64,000 nt of DNA. It comes from Takakia lepidozioides (taxonomy: Eukaryota > Plantae > Bryophyta). The notes below the pieces were generated by a model. It did no database searches. It had not been told where the DNA came from and saw nothing but the letters and a program-made list of their open reading frames with translations. The stretch is from NCBI GenBank assembly GCA_030704615.1, contig CM060731.1, positions 79,422,001 to 79,486,000 on the forward strand, read 5' to 3'. Shown here one piece after another: positions 24,430 to 38,260 of the stretch. Within the stretch, counting starts at the first letter, position 1. Each line of letters starts with the position of its first letter. Both the position numbers and the translations under genes were made by a program.

Positions 24430-27330
24430 GATGCAGGTTTGAGTTTTCCGGCCTTTCCTTTCGGAACCTTCGAGCCCTTGGAGCTCTGCGCATCCAGCAG
24501 TGTCAACTAAACTGCTTTGGCCGATGTTGGTGGAGATGTGGCATTCAAGAGAATTATAAAGTTGTTCCCTAATGTGATTGGTTCGTGCCTAAGTTGTTGG
24601 AGGAACCTTGCACCCTGCGCCACACCTCCAATCACATCCCCATCAAACCGCCTTGAGGCCAACGTGCTAGCCGGCTCACCCCAGAAGCACATCTGCGTGG
24701 GTGTGGTGGGGTCCATGTTGTGGCTGATTCCATAGAGAAGAACGGTTCAGGAGGGGCAGGTGCCATGATGACCCCACAACTGCGAGAGCACCTACCATGT
24801 GTGGGGTGCCCAATGTGGGACGGACAGGGGTAGGTGTCATGGGGGAAGATGCATGCGGGCAGAGAATTCTGGGCCACGTGGATTGGAGGATCAAGCAAAT
24901 GAACCTGTGATTCCTGCAATTGCATCTCCATTTGCGTCAATGCCCCGAGCAAGTCCATGTGAGAGATGAGAAGGTCATACCCAGTATGGATGTTCGTATC
25001 GGCGGCTGTTGTGGTGTGCAGTTCCCGAATCCCTGGCATTTCCGCATGAACAAGGGCAGATTGTCTTTTTCCACGTACGTGAAGGTCATGCATTTCTGCA
25101 ATTCCTTCAACTTCTTCAGTTTCTTCAACCGCTGTCAATGGCCTAGGGTTGGAATTGAGAATGTTGAGTTCCATGCCTTCAGCCCGATGTGAGACTACAG
25201 CCTCAACAAGTGCGGGGTCTTGTGCAGCAGGTACGTCACCTTGCATAGTGCGGGTCACCGTGCGCCATACATCATCATGCGCATGTCCAGATGCAGCCTG
25301 ATTAGTACAGCATGTCTTCCTGTCCACTGCACTGAGAATTTGCCACAGCTTGTGTAATGCGTTGCGGGCAACATTGGTCGATTCATGAACATCAGCATCT
25401 TTGAATGTATATTCCTCACCTATAAAACATTGCACAAAGTCAGAATTGGAACACATAGAACTATGAGGTTCACAGGCAAATGCACAGGTAAACGAGAGAC
25501 ATGCATGTACCTCGAGAAATGCGGACGTAACCTATCCATATAACCTCCCGCTGCTTGAGGCAGTTGTGAAATACTTCCAAGGACGCTTCTCTGGCATCGC
25601 GGTTGTCAGTCCCGCACCACAGCGCCTTAAAGTGATTGGGATACGATATTGCCATGTCTCCGACAGCTGTTATTCTTATCAGCGAAACAGTGTCATGTAT
25701 TTTCTGCAATGCACGGCTCCGATTGATTTCACAATCTCCAGTGGGGGTTGTTTTTCTATGAGCACTGAACACCAAAAAGCATGAGCAGAACCCCAAAAAA
25801 GAATATTTTTTGCATATTTCTGCGAATATTTCCAGGTTTTCGACCATCCGAACGAGTTTTTCAGTGTTACAAGTGCACAATTTTCCCTCATCATAGAACA
25901 ATCAGGTTAGGTTTGGATGCAAAGCTAAGTTCGGGAATTCCCCATATTAATGGAAACTCCGGAATACTTTAGCAGGCACCTGACTTGGCTGTATCTAAGG
26001 CGAAACGGACATTGCTACAGTGTACACGAGATTCAGCGCAATATTCCTCAGTCGAGAAGATATACGAGACTGGGTTGCTAGGCCACATATAAGATGTCCT
26101 ATCTGTATGTTGCAGTATGGAAACCCAAATGGGTCTGACCGGTGCTCCATCATACGCCATTGCGACCAACATACCTCTTCTTGGGTTAATGTGCATGAAG
26201 CCCTTGCATTTGTGGTTACGTCAATACTGGATATTGAGAATGGTAAGACATCCTTTTTATAATGTTTTTGTTCAAGCATGATTTGCTTAAATTGGCCGGA
26301 TTGCCTTTGTTTGTTTTGCATGCAATTATAGATATTTGCATGGTGACGAACCTTTAATGTCATATATTACATGGTGCATCGTCTTGCGAAATTTCGGTCT
26401 GTCCACTAAATTGATGATGTTTCCAGAACCATGCAGATGGTCAGGCGCCTGCTGTGGAAAGCTCCCAGTGACCAGAGTTAGGACTAGCAAGTGCACATCC
26501 CATGCAACTGGTGGACTTTTCGAACATGGGCCGCGACCCCCCTCTCCCCATTGGACGCCCCGTCAAACGAATCAAATAATCAATCTTAATAATTGGCCAC
26601 AAACAAAAATTCGCACTTCCAAGACTAGAGATTCCACGGAACTGCGTAGATGCTTGAAACATTTCAGGTCACCCCCTCTCTCCATGGGACAGCCCGCATG
26701 CATGTTTGAAATAACCTCTTGTAAAAGTTTAGCATGTAGGAGCCCTTCTGATACTGCACATTCCACAAAACTGCTTGCATGGCTCAAACATTGGGGCGAT
26801 CCCCCCTGTAGGCAGTGGGGACCCCGTATGCATGTGCCAAACAACCTTCCATTGGAATTTTTGGGTGAACCACATGAAATACTTGAAAAGAAATGCACTT
26901 TGTTGTCACCACATGACATGGCACATGAACCTAGGGCATGGCTGACAGCAGGCAGGGAATGCGTGGAAACATTGTTGCGAATGTTTGAAGCGGACCTGTC
27001 TGGAAAAGCTACTGAATGTGGGTGGGACTGTACGCTATGAAGGCATCAGTGTATAAAGAAGCAATGTATCCCCAGTATGTATCCTCATTACAGGCTTCAA
27101 CGATTTTTGCGCGCACAATTTCACCGGCTGTGCCGCACATGGAAACAATAAATTCATGATTGGATGAATGAAACCACGATGGTCCATTACATACAGGTAA
27201 TAGTTGCAGGACATGGCCTGCGAATTGCCTGTCATTTTCTACAGCGCCACAAAGCCTGAGTAAATCCCCTTTCTGGGCATGCTCGCCCCATGCAGTGCCG
27301 TCATGACCCCCCCCCCCCCGCCACATTCAT
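24430..27330 (-). pseudogene. Unknown multi-exon gene(s), disrupted
   Basis: Chain of - strand ORFs with a GT..AG intron (IGYVRISRG|EEYTFKD); no recognisable family. Confidence 0.3.
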
Positions 27331-27901
27331 GTGATGGACACATGAAGGAGTGTATGGTGCGGGACAGATGGTGTGGTCAATGCACATTGTGTCCGCCCTT
27401 GTCTTTCCCGCCAATGGGTTTTAGCAATGTTCGTTAGGCTTTGACGTATCAATCATATCCCCTGCCGATGTACTAGTTATTGAACTGGTGTTATGTTCTG
27501 GAACACACGCAATTGTACTTCATGGGATGCCCCTTGAATGTGTGGGGAGTTGTCCTTGTCATGACGAGCAATTGAAATGCAATGGGCGTCCTGGTCAGTG
27601 GAGGTCTACGGTGGAATGCACGCAGTCGTGAATGTGTAACGGGAAATCCATATGAGTACATGATGACATAAGAGCACGTGAAGGATTTGAACATTCAGAC
27701 AACCACACCACAATCATGTATTGCAAAAGTCTATGTGATGTGGCGACACAGAAGGGAAGTATGAGAAACTCGAACAACAATTTGAATATGTCTGAAGCAC
27801 TCGTCTACACTAGAAATGCCTTCATGTGAATGGGGACAGACTGCAAACTGAAGTACAGAACAAAATGTCAGAGCATGCTACAATTGACTGACATGAATGA
27901 A

Positions 27902-29640
27902 CTAGAACGGAAGGAGGATATGGGGGTACTCGTCCTCGTCAGGCGCGCCAATTTTGTCCACGTTGGGCAGCCTATGTGGAGTGTGCCCTTTCAACTCCAT
28001 TCCAACCAGACGTTGCATCTCCTGCCTCTTGTGAAGAGCATCTTGTACAGGAAACCACGTCTTGTCGAACTGCGCATTGCAAATAAGCAAAAAACGGTAA
28101 GGAAAGAGGGCTGAAAACATATGAGGCAGCCAAATTGTAGCAGCAGAAATGCAGAGGTCTTACCGGACCCGCCCCATTTGGACGGGGTTGAACAAACGTT
28201 TCATGGAAACACAGGTCAATGTAATGGGTGCAAAAGTAACCACATTCCCAATTCGAAGGCTGTTGGGGCAAAGGCCGCAACCACCGGGCTGAGGAACATT
28301 CCCACTTCCATTCTGGTGATGCAGGGAACAGGCCGCGTAGCACGGCCCACAATTTAGTGACATATTGGTGGAGGTGACGATCCTTATGTGACTTGTGGAC
28401 AGAGTTCAGGTTCTGGAACCTGTGAGCCTCCAGAATAAGCACGCTCCAGTGGGAACTACAAAAAAACTAACAATATGTGAGCATGTAAAAAACATGTATG
28501 TTCAGACATACAAAACGGTAATGGATGGGATAAGGACTTCACATGCGATACACAAAACAGGCAATGGGGATGAAGAGCACTTACTCATAAAAGACGGGCA
28601 CAATAAGAGCATGAATGCCAGAAACCATCAAATTCCGGAAACGTTTCTCCTTCCATGTTCTTATGGACTCACCTGTACTACCATACTTCTTACAATGCTG
28701 TCGAAGTCGCAACCAAGTAGAGGAATGCAAAGCTACATATCTAGACGTTACATGGTGGGGAAGAGATAAGCCCTTCCACGTAATCCAAAAATCTACCATT
28801 CTACAACTAGTCCAACCCCTTGGACGTTGAAGATTATCCATGTCTTCCAGGCGCAAAGGCACCTGCATAGCTGGAAAATTTGTGAGGAACCACACATCAG
28901 TGCTTATGTTGTTGTCTTGTCCATGCCGCCTCCTGCAAACAAATACATTCATGCACGTTAGTATGGAAAACACGGTCACTGTACATGATCCACCCACTGT
29001 GCACACCCCTAAACGACACCATCAGATATAAATGGTATGCCAATATATGCATGAAATCCTTGTATACTGTTTGGTAATACAATCAAGGCTATTGTGCGCC
29101 GACATTTTCATGCCTCCGTCATGTGGACGCGTACTGCCACTGTAACAATTGTGAAGACCCCTCCATCCACCACACATTCCACTTCCCAGTACAAATTTAC
29201 ATGCCTAACATGCACCCATCGTCCAAAATTTTATTGAATGTGAGGCTCCAAATTTAATTGCGCCGGCATGTCCATATGTCGTGTCTCAAGATCGGCAGCC
29301 ACCTACCTGTCAACGTGGGTGCATCCGGCACATGACATGAGTAGGACATGACATTGAGTCCGCATGAGGTGGGCGGGACATGGAGCTATAAGTTGGACAT
29401 TGGTTGTCCCTTTGCTGATGGTCTTGGGGGGGGTGGGGATGATGTGCTGTCACTCTCGGGGGAAGAGATATCGGTTGTCTCTCGGGGGAAGAGATTGCGG
29501 GAGTCTCTCGATGGAAGAGACTGCGCCTGTCTCTTGGGCACATCAGCAGCAGTTGTCATTCTCGGACGCACCGGATTGGGCACTATATGAGCATCAATGC
29601 ATGATGAGCATCCCACACCTCTCATTTGGGTTTGCTGCAC
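27902..29640 (-). pseudogene. Ulp1/SENP-like protease, copy b, multi-exon
   Basis: LRLEDMDNLQRPRGWTSCRMVDFW; HW..LILE..NLNS; PQQPSNWECGYF; same exon layout and last exon as copy a; 5' extent approximate. Confidence 0.75.
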
Positions 29641-29926
29641 CCATGCACTTTCCCGTCTGCTCTTCCCTTCTGCTGCAGGTTTTTAGTTTTTGCTCTTGCT
29701 TGTGCTCCGGAGTATTTGGTTTTCATTGTGCCCTTCTTTCCCTTCTGGTACATGCTTTTGATATTTCTTCTCTGCAGCACCTACTTTTCCCTCACCCAGT
29801 TCTGTCGTTGTGCAGCCGAGTTTTTTTGTCTTTGAATCACTATACATTTTTTTCTCTTATTTCTGCTCATAAGACATTCCATTACACATACCGTTATTTC
29901 ATTACTTCCGCCATCCCCATCTGACA

Positions 29927-30364
29927 ATGGACTCTGAGGCCCTTGTGAGCTCAATCATCGAGAAAGGCCTTATTGCTTGCTACGCGTTGCCTTGCGACGA
30001 CATCAGAGTTAATGTTTTGCGCCACATTCAGAGCTATGAAGGGTAGGACAAAGTTTGGATATACAGAGGGGACAAGGGCGTTCGAACCATGGTCGTTGAG
30101 CTGGGGGAGCTGGAGCACGTGTACACGATGGATGAGGAGGAGCAGATCGCCGTCATCCTCCTGCATGTGCTACTGGGGGAGGTGGACAGGCTTGTCTTCC
30201 GCACATACAAATCAATGGGGCAGAGGTATGAGGGCATGTATATCAAGCATGGGGAGCACATTTTCATGGACGCTCCGTGGATGCAGGCCATAATTCAAAG
30301 AATTCCCCCTTCGAAGAGGCATATCGTGCAAGTAGATTCGTCTGCAGTGTATGGTGCAGAGTAG
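29927..30364 (+). pseudogene. Small unknown ORF (~145 codons, one internal TAG), divergent from Ulp1-b
   Basis: MDSEALVSSIIEKGLIACY..YEG*DKVW..MVVELGELEH.. in one frame. Confidence 0.4.
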
Positions 30365-30939
30365 GCGTGGACTTTGCTGTCCATAGACACCAGATTGGGT
30401 CATTTTTTGACTCTGTAGGTGTTTGGTCTTTCATAGTAATTCGAGACAATGTGGACAAGTCATAATCCAAGCAACTCTGTGTAAAGAGAAGTTTCAGATT
30501 ACATGCGGAATGTTTGAGCATGGAATGTAATCTTTCCTATAAATGCACCTAAATGAAACGTTGGAAATGGATTTCCATGTATGGTGTTTGTGTTGTTGTT
30601 TGTGTGCTGTTTTCAACCAATGTACTTGATTCAGAACTGCTTGAGGTCTGCTGCCACTTCATGTGGTCTTACTGGCAAGTTATTGCCTTCATTTTAGTTG
30701 GCATATGGCTCATTAGTCTTATCCGCAAGAACACCAATTATTTGGTCTTCTGGGGAAGGCGATCACCCTATAGAAATGGCAGAGGTTGAGGACTGAGAGG
30801 AAGTTGAGAGGGGTGCGATGGGCATCTTGGAGAACGACGAAAGGTACATAATGCTGCTACAATGCTCAGGTTCGGGGAATTTTCTGGTAAAAATAGTACC
30901 AGGTAAAATACTGCCACTTAAGCAGCCACGTCGCCGACA

Positions 30940-31900
30940 CGGTGGCGGTGGCAAATACATTTTGAAAATTAACAAAATGAACGCGACCGCCAATTATGGC
31001 GGTCGCTTTGTTTTCGAAATTAAAAAAGAAATAGCGACCGTCATATTTGGCGGTCACTTCAATTTATTTAAAAAAAAAAGCAAGATTGGCGGTCGCACTG
31101 GCGGTCGCTTTATTTTCGAATTAAAAAAAGAAATAGCGACCGTTATCTTGGCGGTCGCTTCAATTTATTTTTAAAAAAAAACAAGATTGGCGGTCGCCTA
31201 ATTTAAAAAAAGAAAACAAGCGACTGCCGTATTGGCGGTCGCACAATTTTGTAAATATGTACAGAACAAGCGACTGCTATATGGCGGTCGGATAATTTCA
31301 AAAATATATTAAAAAAACAATGACCGCCATTGGGCGGTCGTTTAATTTAAAAAATATATAGAAAAACAAACGACCGCCATATGGCGGTCAGTAAATTTAA
31401 AATTATATAAATAAAACAAGCGACATATGAAAATAAAAGCGACCGCCACACCGGTGGTCGCCTGTTTTAAAACAGTACAATATTTGTGATCATCAAACCG
31501 GCGGTCGCGTCAATTTTAAAATATATATTAAGCTTAAGCGACCGTCAGCCTGGAGGTCGCTTAAACTTGAAAATATAAAGATTAAAAACGACCGCCTTAC
31601 TGGCGGTCACGTTTTTTTTTAAATATTAAAAATAAAAGCGACCACCATATTGGCGGTCGCTTTATTTTAAATATATTAGCAAATGAAGCGACCGCCATAC
31701 CGGCAGTCGCATTATATTTTGAAATTTAAAACAATAGCGACTGCCATACGGGCGGTCGCTTAAATTTAAAAATATACAAAATAGAAGTGACCGCAATATT
31801 GCACAAAATGAAAGGAAATAAAAGCGACCGCAGTAGTGGCGGTCGCTTGTTTTTCATAAAAAAAATATAAATAGCGACCGTAGTATTAGCGGTCGCTTAA
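30940..31900. repeat. Array 1 of palindromic GCGACCGCC-N(3-7)-GGCGGTCGC units with AT-rich spacers, ~50-bp period
   Basis: About 19 full or half units, e.g. at 31220, 31270, 31321, 31370, 31538, 31588, 31638, 31688, 31737. Confidence 0.92.
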
Positions 31901-32299
31901 TTTCAAAATTATAACAAATATGGTTGTACAGCATTTTTCTGGTGTGCGCTATTGGTTCGTCATTTATTCATTTCACTTTCATTTCACTTTCATCCTTCTT
32001 GGATCATATATAAGGGATGAGGGTCACCAAACTCCTCACTTCTTTTGACGTAAACACTTGAGATTGCTTTGGATGTTCTCTTCCATTGAACGAGAGTGTA
32101 GCCCAAGAGGAGAATGCGCACATTTTCCCGTTGTGGCTTCCACCAAAGCTACTTCAGCAGATTGTGTATAAGCTCAACACTACAATCCACATCGATCCAC
32201 TTGGGTTGCTGATAGGTGTAGAAATGTTGGGCTATCGCATTGCACTCTATATTCACAACATATTCATTTATAGGTGACTGTTTTTTGTTGCTTACATCG

Positions 32300-34000
32300 C
32301 TAGGGCCCAGGGGAGTGGATATTGGGTGAAGATGAGGGAGGAATGGAGCCCTTGGTATACGACGGTCCCGAACACTGTCAGTGCCACTGGTAGTGTTGAG
32401 TGCAACCTATGTGGATTAAAGCTTTATTATCGTAAGAATCGGTTGCTCGCTCACCTCGGCTATAAAGGTGTGAAGAGCATCGGGGTGGGTTTATGCCCTA
32501 AAACATTTATGCGGGTAAAAAACCACTTTGCCCAGTGTGGAAGCAATATTCCAATGTCTTTGGATCTAGACATGACCTCTGAGTAGGACACTCCATCTTC
32601 CCGTCAGGATGCCCCGATTAGTACCAAGGGCGACTCTTGTGAGGCTTTGGGTGTCCTTGGACAAGTGGGTTGTGCCGAAGCAATACCTGCTTCAACACCT
32701 CTTTGTACCCCTACTCTTCAACGGAGTAGAGGATTACGGCAGCAATCCATGTAGGAAGGTCTTAACTTGTCTTCGAAAAGACAGTTGGATAAAAAATGGG
32801 CGCAATTTTTCTTCGATGCCAACATACCATTTAATGTGGCAAAGCGACATTTATTTCTGTCGTTAGAGCAACCTCGTCATAGTAAAGAAAACTGGAAAAT
32901 GGCAGGTGAGAGAGAAAGAGCTCAATATGTTGCCACATGAATGGTGGGATCTGATTGGAGCTGAAGCAAGAACATTGGCTTCCATTGCGAAGCGTATTCT
33001 TGCTCAAGTGTGCTCTTCCTCATTTTGCGAACGCAATTGGAGCAGTTACTCATTTGTTCACAACAAGATTCGCAATACGTTGAATCCCGCGAGGGTTGAC
33101 AAATTGGTGTATGTATATACCAATTGCCGACTGCTACGTGAGAGAGCAGCGGATGATGCTACAGCATGGTATGAGAGGAATTTGCATTCCGAATAGTCTG
33201 CTTCTGAGGTAGATTTGATGAGTGACGATACTGAGCCTCAGAGAGAATCATCTGCCGATGATAGTGAAGATGGATCCGATGATGCTCCCGAAAATGCGTA
33301 TGATCCGTTTACATTCACAGAGGAAGATGCTTATATCCAGTCGACCTTTGATGACCTACTTGAAGAAATGCGTATCGTAGATGAAGGTGAAGCTGCAATT
33401 GTGTCATCCCCAGACCCTCAAAATGAAGTTGGGGTCGACCCTCGCCCCCCACTACATGCTGAAGCCACCGGTAGTGCCCCAATGGAGCTTAGGGGTGATG
33501 AACTTCCAGGACCGAACGACGTACGCAACCCTGTTCATACAAACAATGGTGTCGAACCCATTGTACAGTCAACGGGACGGGATCATGCCTCACCGATACG
33601 ACCAGGTCCATCACAATGTCAAAACCGATCCAGCTCCCCATCAACACAACGGGCATTAAGGAACAACATGGTTGATCTGTTTTCCACACGCACGCATCAT
33701 TCTGCTGCATTGGACCGAGCGGAAGTTGAAGCCTTGGATGATGACAATCTGCCACTACAATTCCACCTTAACCGACGATGTGTTGCGCAACAAACCCGTG
33801 GTTCCTCACATGCCGGACCATCTAATGCCGGTCCATCTCGGGCAGACCCCCCTCCGGTACCTCCTTCAAGACCACCTTTGATTGCGTCCCAAGTCCATAA
33901 ACGACAGAGAACAGTCCAACCTTTTGTAAGCGATCGGCCCACAAACAGGCCAGATACCGTGGATGATATTCAAGACCGGAGTGGGAGTCGACCTTAGAGA
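32300..34000 (+). pseudogene. hAT transposase, internally deleted (BED-type finger, DUF659-adjacent region, C-terminal dimerisation domain, acidic tail)
   Basis: VECNLC..RLLAHLG..GLCPK; FFFDANIPFNVA; PHEWWDLIG..AKRILAQVCSSSFCERNWS..HNKIRNTL..KLVYVYTN. Confidence 0.85.
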
Positions 34001-34459
34001 GAACTAAATGTGGTTCGAGGTCGCTTGCAGATTCAAAGGCCCGGACATATGAGGTCGGATAGGGAGGGCGATTCCAGCACTGATTATGGCAATGGTGGTG
34101 AAGTCGAGGGTGACCTGGATTTTCAACCCATCGGAGCATTAGGATTAGGATCTTCTTTGTCCCGCCGTCGAAGCAGTAGAAGGAATTGAAGCAAAACAGC
34201 TATAGGCATGCATCAGCACATTTTAGTAGACATGTTTATATTTCTGTAGTGAAGTAATACCAGTGTGATCATTGTCACTATGAGTATTTGTATTGATGTT
34301 GTGTATGTGTTGGAAAATAAAAGATGTTGCCCATGTGTATACCAGCCAAAATGTCGCCCAAAGGCATCGTCACTTGCTCATGTTTGTGTTCGATGATTTG
34401 CTTGTGGAATGGAAATCAATTGTGCCATGCTTCCAACTCTGCATTCATTTTTATTTTAA

Positions 34460-35340
34460 TGCAACGACCGACATCACTGGCGGTCGCATTTGTTTTTCTT
34501 CTTTGTAAATACCGTGAACACGATGTAATAACGATCGTCTTTTGTTTCTTCGTAAAATTACTGGTGGTCGCTTTAATTTCTGTTTTAAAAAAAAAATCCA
34601 ACGACCGCCAATAGTTGCGGTCGGTTGTTTTTTTAATTTTAAAAAATGAATCGACCGTCATATTTTGCAGTTGTTTTTTTGGGATTTTTAAATGGAGCGA
34701 CCGCCAAGGTGGCGGTCGCTTCTACGAAGTGTGCCCTGCGCATGGAACGAGGAATGAGGCGGGGGGAGGGGGGCATATAAGCTCGGACTCATTCTCCCCT
34801 CATTTCCATTTCAGGTGGTCGTTTGAAGTTTTTTTTTGTTTTTATAAATGCAGCGACCGCCATTACTGGCGGTCGTTTTTTTTTTTTTTTTTGCGAAATG
34901 GAGCGACCGCCATTTGTGGCAGTCATTTTTTTTTGTTTTTAAATGGAGCGACCGCCAAGGTGGCGGTTGCTTCTACGAGGTCTGCCCTGCGCGTGGAGTG
35001 AAGAATGAAGGGGGGGGGGGGCATATAAGCTCCCAGTCATTCTCCCCTCACTTGCATTACTGGCAATTTTTGTTTTTATAAAATGCAGCGACCGCCATTT
35101 CTGGAGGTCGCTGTAATGGTTATTTTTTTAAATGCAGCGACCGCCATTATTGGCGGCGGTCGTTTTTTATTTATTTAAATGGAGTGACCACGAAGGTGGC
35201 GGTCGCTTCTACGAGGTCTGTCCTGCGCGTGGAGCGAGGAATGAGGGGGGGATATACACGGCGGTCGCTTTACTTTATTTACTTTACTTTTATTTTAATT
35301 ATTTTGGAAATGAAGCGACCACCGTTACTGGCGGTCGCTT
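34460..35340. repeat. Array 2 of the same palindromic motif, with a ~245-bp higher-order triplication
   Basis: Units at 34602, 34697, 34853, 34903, 34948, 35088, 35137, 35184, 35315; ttctacga.gt.tg.cctgcgc.tgga..gaatga.ggggg three times. Confidence 0.9.
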
Positions 35341-35483
35341 TTTTGTTTTTTGGAGGAAAATTTATTCTACAAAATTAACTTTTAAGAACTATTTTGACAT
35401 CTACTCAAACTCGTTTAGGATGAAGGGTTTAGAGTTACGTCTTATTAGTAAACCTCGTTTAGTGTTGCTCCGATTGTTGCAGA

Positions 35484-37816
35484 ATGGCAGAGGGCTAGGA
35501 CGATGACCGTCATGGAAGAGATGACCCCAATGAACATGGACCGCCCCCTAAGAAAATCAAAGGGTCAAGGCAAGACTTGAATTGGTATATGGTGACCCTA
35601 GCATACTAACAGAAGAGGGCTGGGAGGATGTTCCAGAAGAATTCAGGTGGCCGATGGCGAAATGTAAAAAATTCGTGAAATGGTACCACATCAATCGATT
35701 GTGGCCTTTGGATAGGCATGACGTGCAAACCGGAAACAATTACGCAGAGTCCAGATCTTGCACGAACTTGCATTTCCAGCATAGAGCGAATGAGGTGCAT
35801 TGCACATTGTGGGGTCAACCTCTCTTAAAGGGCCAAATCCCGTACACCTTGGCAGCCATATTGTACGTGGAGGTCATACTCTTGTGTCCAGTGAATTGAC
35901 AAACTGCTAGTAGGAGGAACGCAAGGTTGTTATATGATTTGGAGTACATCCCGGACACGTTCGGAATACAACCGGCTGCAACGTTAGAGGAACCACTGGC
36001 GGAAAGAGACCAGCGAATCAGGACCCTGCAGGACCGACTAGATTGGCAAACATTGCGTATAGCCGAGTTGGAAGCTAGATTGCAAGACATGCGTCCAAAC
36101 AATGAAAGCACTGTTGTCCACAATGAGGATCGAACAAACGTCGTGGACATGGACGCGGAGTTTGTGATGCCCGATCGCAGTATTGACCTCATCATTCACG
36201 AAATTACGGACGTCCTTGACCCTGTGGCCGATGAAACCATGGTTGAGGAACAGCGAATTGCGGATGAGAGAATGATGAAAGGAAAAGAACCAGTACTGGA
36301 AACCGGGGAATGCTCGAGGGTCGCCATTCAATCCGAGATGTACCCGATATTAGATGTCGACCGCGTTACAAAAGAGCGGGACATTGCTATGGCAACTGCA
36401 TGGCGCTTGTCCAAAACGCTGGAGATTCGGGCATGGGTCCCATTGAATGGCGATTGAGAGAATTAGATACAATGGGCGATCCATTTGACCTCCAGAGAAG
36501 CACGGGTAGAGCGGGCACTGTCAGGCTTGCAACGTGTCGCATGCATGTCGAACCGTAGCGTGGATAGCATTTATGCCAACATGCAAAGATATAACAATCT
36601 CCGCATCGCATCAAGCGTGTTCGCCGGGTATACCAATTGGGCAGATGTGGATTCTATGTTCGATCGATATGAGCACAGAATTTTGGGGTCAAACAGAAGC
36701 ATAAACTGGGAATTGGAGATAGAAGAAGAGTGGGACACCACAATAAAGATGACCAACCTCATAAAACCGGCCCAGAGAGAAGAGATACCACGAGGCGTTT
36801 TGCCGTCATGGATATCAGATGACACAGTTTGTTCGATGTGTAGGAATCCATACGGCCCAGAGGGACGTCATGTGTTTGGATCATGTGGACATATGTTCCA
36901 TCTCACATGTCTTATCCCACAAGCCTTGCGGATGAGCGCTTGCCCAGAATGTCGTGCATCAATCCATCGCCGTTTCTAGGAGCTGGTGGGCTTTGGAAGA
37001 ACGGATGCCCATAGGTTTTGAATACAATCGACACAACCTCCCATTGGATGGGCTACTATTCACATTTCTGAATTGTGTGCATTGGGGCAAGAACTTGGTA
37101 TAGGATGTAGACATAGAGATGCATGGCATACATGCCGGAAACCCGATATACATAAAAGATCCCCAGTATTTCTGGATCACATCTGACTGGGAGATAACCA
37201 TACGTGCGGGAGACATTCGAGATTGGTGGGAGAGATAGCAGTTTTGCCGCAATTTGGGAGGGCATTTGAGTCAAAGAAGGTCCAGGTTTATCCGGCTCCC
37301 ACAGGTTCCATGGGTGCCGGAGGAGAACGAATTGTATGACCAACAACCGATTGGGAGACGTTTGTTGCTGTCCAAACTGGAAGATGCTATAATATATCAA
37401 CTCCGAATGAATGAGGCGTACAAGGTGGCTTATCGTTGAAACAACACAATGATTAGGGACAGGGCCCGCGAGAGGCAGTTGGAAAGTTTCAAAGTACTAT
37501 CAAGGCAGTATAGAGAAATGGAGGCGATTATGGACAGATCGTTATCATCGTGTTTCGGGGCTCTATTGCCGGATGTGGACGGCCTCGTTGCCGATTAGCA
37601 TGCAGCCTGAGCACTTGTTCTTGATCCACCTCCGCCACATCGTGAGAGTGAAGAAGAAAGTCAACTTTCGCCGCGAAGTAGGCGGATGCAGGCCATAATT
37701 GATCACATGCCATTGGGCCCCTAATTGACCATGAGATCGCGGTCGCAAGCTCTAGCAATTGGCAGTGCAAATCAGGCCACAACATCAAAATCCTTGTCCT
37801 CGGACAGTGACGACTA
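35484..37816 (+). pseudogene. RING-H2 finger / coiled-coil protein, disrupted by stops and frameshifts
   Basis: CSMC..(x14)..CGHMFHLTC..(x10)..CPEC = C3H2C3; coiled coil RDQRIRTLQDRL..IAELEARLQ. Confidence 0.75.
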
Positions 37817-38260
37817 GGCTTTTAATGACTGGCAGCGTAGTACATATACAATGTGCATTTTTGTTGTACCTTGAATATTGTTGGAAAACACAGTGATGGC
37901 ATTCCGCCAATTTTGTATATCACCAATTTTGTTAATACACAATGCACATGTGCGGCACCTGCCAATTTCAATTGCATAAGCAGCGTTTTCTTCACATTTA
38001 CACTCGTGTGATGAGGAAGAAGTAGTTCACCCTGTAAACAAATTTACAATGGTGTCATATTTGGTCATGACGTGTATGTGGGTATTTGCAATGAACTCCG
38101 AAAACTGGAGAACAAGGAAAATTGATGTTAATCAATAAGTTATAACGAGTTACGAACGGTCATCTTCCAAACAAATTTCGCCTGGTATTTCATAATCATT
38201 TCGCAAAATCTATGATCTTTCTACGAACATACCCACAAAGTTCTCAAAGCACAAAATAAT

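Noticed and set aside
25340-25540. Serine-recombinase-like motif IGYVRIS..FKD..R.AL
   Set aside because: After splicing, the intervening helix with its conserved Gln is missing and there is no SG or DR motif; likely coincidental
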